Positions 54,400-64,000 of a stretch of DNA of 64,000 nt are shown in pieces (the stretch's first letter is position 1; each line of letters opens with the position of its first letter). The translations under genes were made by a program, and so were the position numbers. Under the pieces are notes generated by a model, which searched no databases, was not told the origin of the DNA, and was given only the letters and a program-made list of their open reading frames with translations. This stretch comes from Eledone cirrhosa (taxonomy: Eukaryota): the NCBI GenBank assembly GCA_964016885.1, contig OZ024740.1, forward strand, positions 123,814,001-123,878,000, read 5' to 3'.

Positions 54400-55027
54400 T
54401 CACATATATACACACACACATATACATACACAAATACATATATATATATGAATTCCTAGGTGTCTTTATAACAGCAACATTTAAAGTATTTGATGTTAAT
54501 TGTTTAGGCGATTACTTAAAAGGAAATTATATAACAAAAGAACTAGGAGTGTTTTCAGGTATTTTGATACCTAAAGGGTTATAAAGACATCTTGACAGCT
54601 GCCTCATTAGAAAAGTTATAGTTTCTATCAAGATGTTTGATAATAACAAAGTAAAAATCACTGCTTACTTATGTATAAAGAAAAGTAATATTTATTGGAG
54701 ATCAGGAATTACAGATTAACAGTTGTCATGAGTTTCTTAACTGTCAACAGATTCGAATATTGCAGTGAACGGATCCTTGCCATACTGTGAGTCTCCATAA
54801 ATGTCAGAATGATTTTAGTGTTGTTTACAGTCTACATTATATTTCGAGATTACTGGCAACATGAAAGCCAAAATAATCAAGAAATATTATACATATTTTA
54901 TTATATTCTTATTACCTATACACACACGTGTGTGTGTATACTACAAATATTATAGAAAGTCACTTTATGCTAAGGTAAATATATAAGATGCACTCACACA
55001 CACATATATATATATATAATATACATA

Positions 55028-55064
<37 letters not shown>

Positions 55065-55071
55065 CATATAT

Positions 55072-55760
55072 ATACTAGCTAAACTACCCGTCCTTTGGAT
55101 GGTCCAAGGAGCTTTCGATGTAGCTCATTAAACTAAACAAAGTAAATTTGAATATATAGAAAAAAAAATGTATGTATGTAAACATGAAAACCTTAGGCAC
55201 TATTCCAGCGAAATAATTAATATGTGAGTTCGGTGTCTTTTTTGACAATAGTAAAAGCGCATCATGAAATAGAGAAGTGAAGTGAATAATAGACACTATT
55301 ATGTACAAAGCATAATATTGTAAAAGTTATGACATCACTTAATGTATGAACATCAGCTTGAAACGATAAATTATACAATGTCAAATCTATAACTTAACTT
55401 AGTAATCTGTTAGAAATTGCTGGTTGTGAAATATACAAAATGATATTGTTAGTCTCAAGGAAGCGTACCTTTTGTTTCAAGTACAAAGAGTAAATTAAAA
55501 TCCGAATGAGCCGAATTACAAATAACTCTTGTCTTACTTAATCACGAAAATTCACACAAATAACCGAAATTTTTTAAGGTTTCTAAAGGCCCCCAAATCG
55601 ATTTTTGAAAGCCTTTGTAAATCAGGTACAAGTTTTGTGCAAGGAGAAGCTCTGTAAAAAATTTCAAAGAAATCGCATGAATGGTTTAGAATTTATGAGC
55701 CCTCATTAAAAATTGTCCACACACACATACAGACTTCATCTATATATATATATATATATA
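55072..55760 (+). mobile_element. Helitron/Helentron-associated non-autonomous element (DINE-1/Lep1-like); second 3' copy at 59774-59925
   Basis: Starts TATACTAG...TACCCG; 3' AAATTTCA..AAATCG...GGTTTAG, then a CA-rich microsatellite and TATATA; family assignment is from general architecture only. Confidence 0.5.
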
Positions 55761-56170
55761 CAGATATATTCGAAGAATCACCTGTTAATTTTTGGATCGA
55801 CCTCGTCAAGAGCTGAAACGAATAACGCAAATATTTGATTTCTGACAGTTTCACGAATTCATTACCTACATACAGACACACACAGAGACACGCACACACA
55901 TATATATATATAAGTTTATACCGGGTTCAATCAGGTGTAAACACAGGAAGTAAGGTACTCAATACATAGTAGCGTATAAATGTTTAATGTAGAAATGGCT
56001 TTTACAGGACTAGAACCGTTTCATTCGAGAGAAATCATATATCTATATGCATTGTTGGTGCAATAGTTGCTTATATATCCATATATACATACATATATAT
56101 ATTATGAAATACTGTTGGCTTCTTGCTCACATTAATTTCTCTATTTTCATTTATATATATATATATATAT

Positions 56171-56400
56171 AACGAAGGAAATGTGGTAAGGAACCAGGTG
56201 GACCATAACGCACCAAAGTACTCAATACTTAGGGTAGTAGAGTGGGTAATAGGAACAAGTAAGACACCGACGGCTGAGCTCAAGCCGTTTCGACGGCTAA
56301 TTCTGTACTGAATGAAAATTTATTCTGGTATTTAAATAGCCGAACTTATCAAGGGGTAATTCCATATATGGTCAAAGAGATACTCACCAGGATTGGTCAC
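56171..56400 (-). mobile_element. PLE pseudo-LTR with decayed full hammerhead (56264-56357)
   Basis: Minus strand ACCCC-TTGATAA-GTTCGGCTA...TAGCCGTC-GAAA-CGGCT.TGAGCTC.AGCCG-TC-GGTGT. Confidence 0.68.
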
Positions 56401-57163
56401 ATCACAAGTTAGTAGTAAATATGTGATGGCAAGTTGGTGGGGGTAGGGGTAGCTAAACCTGCCGGTAGGAGAAAAACGGAGAGGGGGTGGAGTAGACCCA
56501 TTCATGCGTTGGTAGTGCCAGCTACAGCTGGGTGTGAGGTCAAAGAGGATACTGGGGAGGGGGAGGGGGAAGAGGTCGAAACGGTAAGTAGAACAATGAA
56601 AGGTAAAACTATAAAAGGTACTGAGAGAGAAAAAAAAAAAGCAAAATCTGGTTACTAAGACTTAAGTCTCTCGCTATTGCTAGGCTAAAGAAATACATAA
56701 ATAAATAAATAAACAAATAAGTGAATAAAAGAATAGATAAATACATTTTTAAAAAAATCTATATATATATATAATGTAGAATAAAAAAATAAATAATAGT
56801 AATAGAAATAAACTAGGTGGGACGGAAATAAAGGGACCCTTATACGAGGTATAAGTGCGGGTGTCGTACGGTGACGGGTCAACAAAGGGGAAGCCAGAAT
56901 ACTAAAGAGACTACCACGAAAATAATAAAGGTTTCTACCCCAAACACAGGGCCAGCAACCACCCAGTGCAAGAAAGTAAACTAGCACGAGAATATAATTC
57001 AGGGTCCCGCAAAAAAATACTAGTGCTAACTCTAAGAGTACCGCCACGAAACAAAACGTCTTATACAAGCTACATGAAAGATCGTACGAGGTAAAAGTAA
57101 AGAACGGAAAATTAATGCAGGAACACCACCCCCCAAAAAGAAGGGGAAAAAGAAAAAAGAGAT

Positions 57164-57568
57164 GCTGGTCTTGTAGGGCACAGGTTGCTAAGGTCATATG
57201 TGTCTAGATAAGTATTACTATAGGTAAGTTTAAGTACGAGTCCCAGCTCACTGGTATCAATCCCACGGAATTCAACATTGCTCTCACTGATCATTTCTAC
57301 GCATTTTTCCACAGCAAAATCCACGTCAATAGATTGATGCAGGGACACAACATCCATACTAGCTATTATGCAGTTTGTTAGGTCCCTAGATCGGTTACTC
57401 TCGCCGATTCTGCTGAGGAGGTCCTCCGTGCTGTCACACACATCTGGGGACATTTCAATGATGGGGCGTATCATCAGGGAGAGGAAGTAGGACAGTCTGT
57501 AGTTACTAGTAATGTTAGCCCCACAGACTGGCCGTGTTGGTGGTCCCGTGACAGGGTCACTGCTCGTT
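57164..57568 (-). mobile_element. Inverted 5' duplicate of the PLE-C RT segment
   Basis: ORF 57112..57474 mirrors 57631..57948. Confidence 0.9.
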
Positions 57569-57570
57569 TT

Positions 57571-59360
57571 ATTGCTAGTAACTACAGACTGTTCTACTTC
57601 CTCTCCCTGATCATACGCCCCATCATTGAAATGTCCCCAGATGTATGTGACAGCACGGAGGACCTCCTTAGCAGAATCGGCGAGAGTAACCGAAATAGGG
57701 ACCTAACAAACTGCGTAATAGGTAGTATGGATGTTGTGTCCCTGTATCCATCTATTGGCGGGATTTTGCTGTGGAAAAAATGCGTAGAAATGATCAGTGA
57801 GAGCAATGTTGAATTCCATGGGATTGATACCAGTGAGCTGGGACTCGTACTTAAACTTACCTATAGTAATACTTATCTAGACACATATGACCTTAGCAAC
57901 CTGTGCCCTACAAGACCAGCAAGAGGCAGACCACCTACCATTACCTAAATGGCCAAGAAAACCCACACAGATAGATGGAACGGGTGGACCAGAGCCATAC
58001 GGACCCCCGAAAACCACGATGAACTAAAGAAAATGATTGCACATGCGGTGGGGGCCAGCATAAAATTAACCCTTAAGGAACATATGTTCAAATTTAATGG
58101 AAAAACATATGCCCAAGAGGCGGGAGCAGCCATTGGTGTTAGCATTGCAGGCGACATAGCTAACTTATTCATGGTATGGTGTGACAGTAGACTTAAACTT
58201 AAACTTAAAGAACAATTAGAAGACCCCTTAACCCTGATAATGTACTCCCGCTACGTTGATGATATAAACATCGTAGTTAAAACACGCCCACTAGAGAACA
58301 GTCAGGAATTAGAGAAAAACACAATGGAAAGCATCCAGCAGAGTATTAGAGTTACTATAGACTACCCAAACAAACACCCCAACCATCAATTACCTGTACT
58401 AGACACAGAGCTCTGGTTAGAAACCATTAATAACAAAAAACAAATCCTCCATTCCCATTATGCCAAACCCATGACTTCCAAATATCTGATCCACCGAAAC
58501 TCAGCTGTTTTGGACCATACCAAAATCAACATACTGATTGCGGATTTGGTATGGGTGATGAGAAATGTGTCCTGCATGTGCAACACCGAAGAACTAGAGA
58601 GACACATACAACTCTTCATTCACCGTACGCAGTTCTCTGGTTACAATCAGAGAGATAAAATCAGAGTGTATAGAGCAGCCAGAACCAAATGGGAAAAAAT
58701 GTAAATAATGACACAAATGGGACCTGCCCCTTGTATAGGAGCAAATTTTGGAATATAATTGAAAGAACTAGGAATAAGGCTAATAGAATAAACTCATGGT
58801 ATGATAGCAATAAATACCAGAGTGTAATGTTCATCGATACAACACCTAGAGGTGAATTAGCTTACACATTTAGAAGGACCCTAGATAAACATAAACTCAA
58901 TATTAAGATAGTAGAAAGAGCAGGTACCTCCATAAATACACTTATTAGCAACACATACCCTTTTCAAAGACCTCTCTGTATAGATAAGAAATGTATAATC
59001 TGTAAATTAAGCCCCCATATTAACTGTAAAACTAGAAATGTAGTATATAGCCTAAGATGTACTGAAGGACAATGTAGAGATAAAAATATAGTGTACATAG
59101 GTGAGACAGCTCGTAGTATAAGGGAACGGATAAATGAACACTAGCGAGACCTTCAAGCTAGTAAAGAATCATCTGTACTCTATCAACATGCTAAAATAGA
59201 ACATAAGGGTAAATTAGAGAACATAGAAATAAAAATAGAATCTACACACAGAAAAGACGCAATGTTTAGACAAATCACAGAGGCAATAAACATGAATGAA
59301 TTACAACCAAAATTAAATAGAAAACATGAGTAGAATAGCAACATCACAACTTACAATTAA
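57571..59360 (+). pseudogene. Disrupted PLE-C RT plus GIY-YIG coding region
   Basis: GSMDVVSLYPSI; YAQEAGAAIG; YSRYVDD; CIDKKCIICK; VVYSLRC...YIGETARSIRERINEH; stops at 57946 and 59142, frameshift at ~58700. Confidence 0.88.
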
Positions 59361-59562
59361 GGACAAAATGAAAACATACACGCACATAGAACAAACAACC
59401 AACCAGTAACATGTAAATAAACAAATAAATAAACGAATATAAACACAGACAGACACCCGGATGTAACACATGCGCCAACTAAGCACACCACACACACACA
59501 CAAACAAGATGGCGTAGGACAGAACAAATGAGAGGCACAAAAAACAAAGAAAAGAACCCCCA

Positions 59563-59605
59563 GTCACTGAAGAGGTCACAGAATCTGTGACGAAAGAACT
59601 TTGAC
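59563..59605 (+). ncRNA. Minimal hammerhead ribozyme in the PLE-C 3' pseudo-LTR
   Basis: GTCA-CTGAAGA-G-GTCACAG.AAT.CTGTGAC-GAAA-GAAC-TT|TGAC. Confidence 0.8.
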
Positions 59606-60534
59606 AATATATAAACAACCATCTGGTTGTGGAACCAACCAACCAACTGGAAATTTATAAATTCCTAAATTTATAAATTTATTATAATAAATTGATGTGA
59701 AAGCAACTGGTGCGTGTGTTTCTTATTGGCAACATGACCCTCCCAAAGTATAACAATATGTATATATATATATAGCCTTTGTAGATCATATGCAGGTTTT
59801 GTGAAAGGAGAAGCTCTGTAAAAGAGTTCAAAGAAATCGCATGAATGGTTTAGAATATATGATCCCTCATTAAAAATTATCCACACACACACATACAGAA
59901 AACTTCTTTTTTTATATATATATACAGATATATATATACATGATAGCTGCAACTCGATTTCAAGTAATGCCATTGCTTGATACTTAAGCATGAGTATCAC
60001 ATACGTGGCTTTGTAGTCCTGTTCGGACTACGAGCAATACAATGCATCACAAAAAATGTCACATATCAAGCAATGCCTATGCTTGAAGCTTGTTTAAGTG
60101 AGGAAGGCTTTGCACATAGCCAATCCCACTCTCTGAACATCAAACATATTTGCTCCCAAAAAAGAACTGGTCTACATCATTGGATGCAAACGATGTCACA
60201 TGTTTAATATCAGAGTTACCTTCTCCTAGAGAGATGTGTAAATGAAGACTAAGAATCTCTCGCTCCACATAAAAAAAAAACTCTATTGTATGGCTGTGGC
60301 TATTGACTCTCCTGAGTTTCTCTGCCCTTTGACAGATTTTGGTTTTTATCCCACAGGGTGTCCGAAATCACCCTCCTCATCAAGCAAACTTGGTGGAGTT
60401 GCCGGTGTAGCTGCCGATGACCCGACCATGCACAGGTTGTACTGGGTTACATGTTACCAGTAGCACTGAAGAGCGACCTTAAAGATATATACATAGCTAC
60501 ATATATACTCATATTCAGAAAGCAGCAGCCAAGC

Positions 60535-60578
60535 ACTGTCCTGATGAGAGCCATTAGCTTAAAATGTGCATAGACAGT
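60535..60578 (+). ncRNA. Decayed hammerhead (GAAA to AAAA), homologue of 32488-32530
   Basis: ACTGTC-CTGATGA-GAGC.CATTA.GCTT-AAAA-TGTGCA-TA-GACAGT; perfect 6 bp stem I. Confidence 0.65.
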
Positions 60579-60877
60579 TGTCTATCACTACTTCTGCTGG
60601 AATCCACTAGATGGCACAGGCCATCACCCTTTATTCATTGCTGGGCTTTCAAATTGTTTATTTACTAAACATACCATATATATATTTATATATGAAATTC
60701 ACATATATGTATACAGCTATGTTGAAGCTAAATTTTAATATATATATAATAATTTTATATATAATAATAATTTTATATATAAACATGGAAGATAATATAT
60801 AGAGAAAATAGAAAATTGAAAATTCGATTCGGCTGTCTTCAAATTGGATGAATGAGCCGGGCCATTGAAATATCATC

Positions 60878-61719
60878 AGCATCATCATCATCACCACTTT
60901 TACGTCTGTTCTTCCATGCTAGCATGGGTTAGACGGGTTGTCCTGCTGTGGGCAATGTCCAGTCGGGTGATCTTGTCTTGCTCATACAGGAACTGATTCT
61001 GGCTTGATTTCTACAGCTGGATGCTCTTCCTAACACCAGCCTCATTTACAGTAAGGGCTGCATGCTTTTTTTCCGTGGCGCCTACACATCCATTTTACAG
61101 AGTGGGCTGGGTGTTTTTTTGCCACCATGGCACCTTCACAACCACTTTACAGTGTATGTGTTGGGGGGGGGGGGGGGGGGCATATTGTCTATATGCTTCA
61201 GCTTTGGCTTGTACCAATGTCAGGTCTTCTGTATTACTGCGTGACATATGTATAGTGATTTCGCAGAATTAAAATTCTAAAGCATATTTTCCAGTCTGGC
61301 CTTCTGTTGTTGTTTTATTGACCCAATTGTATCTCTCAATGGCGATGACACAGGACCGTGACCTCTGGCATCACACAGTAATACAGAAGACCCGACTTCC
61401 CATGGGAACAAGCCGAAGCTCAAGCATATAGACAATATGCCCCATCCCCTCCCACATCAAAGTGGTCGTGGAGGTGTCATGACAAAAAAGCACCTAGCCC
61501 ACACTGTAAAGTGGTTGTGTAGGCGCCATGAAAAAAAGCACCCATCACTCACTGTGAATGAGGTTGGTGTTAGGAAGGGCATCCAGCTGTAGATATCAAG
61601 CAGAATCAGTTCCCATATGAGCAAGACAAGTTCACCGACATAACATTGCCCACAACAGGACAACCCCTCTAACCCATGCTAGCGTGGAAGAATGGACATA
61701 AAACGGTGATGATGATGAT
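60878..61719. mobile_element. Two head-to-head copies of the short RTE-derived element (60878-61245 minus; ~61345-61719 plus)
   Basis: Both match 40646-41008; tails point outward. Confidence 0.7.
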
Positions 61720-61867
61720 ATATATATATATATTACAATTAAGTGAGAAAAAACTCTAATTATAGTATTATAAACAAAATAGACAATAAAGATATTCTAC
61801 CTAACCTCACTTATATACAGATCTCCCTACCATGGTTTCATATGGGGAATAATTTTTATTGGAACCA

Positions 61868-61912
<45 letters not shown>

Positions 61913-61932
61913 ATGTATGTATAAATATAGAC

Positions 61933-61961
<29 letters not shown>

Positions 61962-61963
<2 letters not shown>

Positions 61964-62632
61964 GCATAAACGAACTAAGGAAAAAATTAGAAATAAGAGG
62001 GATCAGATGTTGTTTACTCGAGAGACGGCTACGTTGGTATGGTCACGTGATGCGCATGAAGGACGATAGCTGTATAACAAAGTGCAGGGCAATAAAGATA
62101 GACGGTAGCCACGGAATAGGCATCCCAGAAAAACCTGGGACGAGCTGATAAACTCCGACCTCACACACTTACACCTCACCAAGACAATGTCACTGGACCG
62201 AGATCTTTGGCGGTACTCAGTAATAGAGAAGACCCGCCTTACCTAAATACAAAGTAAAACCTACTACAGTCAGTAGGCATCTCTAACAAAATACACCCCG
62301 TCCCACCACCCCCACCCCATCCATACCGCCCCCTTCTATGTAAAGTTATGTTGGCGCCACACCATCCAGGCCGAAACAAATGAGATCGTGTAGGTGTCAC
62401 GACAAAAAAACACACAGTCCACGCTGTAATGTGGCCGTGTAGGCAACACGGTAAAAACCTCCCAGACCCACACTGTAAATGTGGTTGGTGTTAGGAAGGG
62501 CATCCAACTGTAGAAAACCTGCCAGACAGTCCTATGCGAGCAAGACAATCACTCTTGCCTCAAGTGGGAAAACCCCCGTCCAAACCCATGCAAGCGTGGA
62601 ACACGGACGTTAAACGTTGATGATGATGATGA

Positions 62633-62635
<3 letters not shown>
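61962..62635 (+). mobile_element. 5'-truncated RTE LINE (same family as 45443-46515)
   Basis: SINELRKKLEIRGIRCCLLERRLRWYGHVMR; near-identical 3' UTR; (GAT)n tail. Confidence 0.9.
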
Positions 62636-62668
<33 letters not shown>

Positions 62669-62679
62669 AGATATAGATA

Positions 62680-62948
62680 TCTATATTCACTCTTCTTCCA
62701 ATTCTGCCTCAACATCGGATTTACCCTAGAGCAGTGGAAAACTGCCAGTGTTATTGCTCTATTCAATGTTAAAAAAAGGTGATCACATGTCACTTGTCAA
62801 CTATTGTCCTGTCAGTCTTACTAGCTGCATCACCAAACTGAAGGAGTCCTGTGTCAGAGAAACACTCTGCAACTTCTGATACTCTCACAGCCTTATCCGG
62901 CTCTCACAATTTGGATTTAACTCTAATTCCAGCTGCTGTGGCCAAATG
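62680..62948 (+). mobile_element. CR1/Jockey-group LINE RT fragment
   Basis: Translates EQWKTASVIALF..KKG...NYCPVSLTSCITKLKES...SQFGF. Confidence 0.75.
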
Positions 62949-63639
62949 GGTACATTATTCTATGTATCGTACATACACCTTTGATGTGTTGTATTGCACC
63001 TAGCCACTGTATACAATAATTTTCATTATCATTATCATTGATGACAAGTTTGGTCTTATTTAACATGCTGATATGCAGTGAGAAATGGGTGACCTGACCT
63101 CGGATAGCACAAGGAGGGTGTGAATGTGGTGATGATTAGAATGCCTAAGTAGAGTTACTGGTGGGGAGAGGGTGGTGTGATCAATAATGCAGAGATGGGT
63201 GGCACTTATCAGTGTGTCAGGAAGGAGGGTAACTAGTGATGGAGACAACAGATAAGGAGTGATAGTGGAGGAGGAATAGGTGTGGTGCCCAGATGTGGAG
63301 AGAGTAGCCACTAAGCTGCAATAGCGATGGTATCTAAGGTTTTTAAAGTATTTTCCATGTTAAAGTGGGAGTTAGCCCCTTGCACACCTTACGATACAAT
63401 TTTCCTCATCGTTCTTTCTTTTTTCAGGTAGTGTTATATGGCATCATTATCTTTCTCTTTCCAATCCATTTTGTAGCAATTTAGGGAATAATGTAAGTGA
63501 AATTTTTCTTCTGTTTCTAGCAGCACAAATGACACCACCAACGTTCCACTCCTTTATTGCTTATAGAAGTGTCTTCATTTGCTTGGAGAAAACTTCTGCT
63601 CATATCATAGGTATTATTTAAAGTCTAATGCCTGTCTTG

Positions 63640-63885
63640 TGCCTGGAGGATCATCGGGTTGGTGCTTATCCTGATTTCTATGGCATCTAGCAACTGAGAG
63701 TACCAGACACCCCTGACAAAGATGCTAATCCATCACAGGTTTAAACCCCCAGCCATTGCTAATACTCATTTTCAGTTGAGTATAATGGAGCAATGTAAAA
63801 TAAAGAGGTTTGCTTAAGAACACAACACACATTCAGGTCCAGAAATTGAACCCACAACATTATGATCATAACTATAATATCTTTA
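63640..63885 (-). mobile_element. Degenerate SINE
   Basis: GGAGCAATGTAAAATAA...TTGCTTAAGAACACAAC core in reverse. Confidence 0.5.
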
Positions 63886-64000
63886 AACAAGTGGCAGCAC
63901 TGAAAAAGTCCTGCATGTTCTGTTATTCTGTAAGGTTGTGCTTAAATCTTTACAAGAAGAACAAACTAGCAAAGTTATTGGAGCATAAGATTAAATTCTA

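Larger units (their letters stand above)
57571..59759 (+). mobile_element. Penelope-like retroelement PLE-C (5'-truncated relative of PLE-B)
   Basis: RT and GIY-YIG collinear with PLE-B; 3' UTR with HHR; same terminal motif; ends in (TA)n. Confidence 0.92.

Overview
AT-rich eukaryotic (metazoan) DNA with no host protein-coding gene that I can support. The abundant (TA)n, RTE LINEs with (GAT)n tails and tRNA-derived SINEs suggest a mollusc, probably an octopod cephalopod; this is inference only. The window is almost entirely transposable elements. There are three large Penelope-like retroelements (PLEs: RT plus GIY-YIG endonuclease), all with disrupted ORFs. One has direct pseudo-LTRs (15.6-19.0 kb) and two are foldback inverted duplications (33.0-38.1 kb, 57.2-59.8 kb). 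Other elements are many short PLE/retrozyme-like remnants in (TA)n tracts, RTE- and CR1-type LINE fragments, two SINE families, a solo LTR, a TTAA-flanked piggyBac-type MITE and a Helitron-like element. The main signal is more than a dozen hammerhead-ribozyme (HHR) motifs from several unrelated repeat families, read by eye on both strands. They include one full-length HHR with a canonical core (30556-30637, minus strand) and a dense cluster at 30.5-33.3 kb. Several sit at the apex of DNA palindromes, suggesting ribozyme helices prime foldback synthesis during retrotransposition. Most short ORFs in the track are microsatellite or antisense artefacts.
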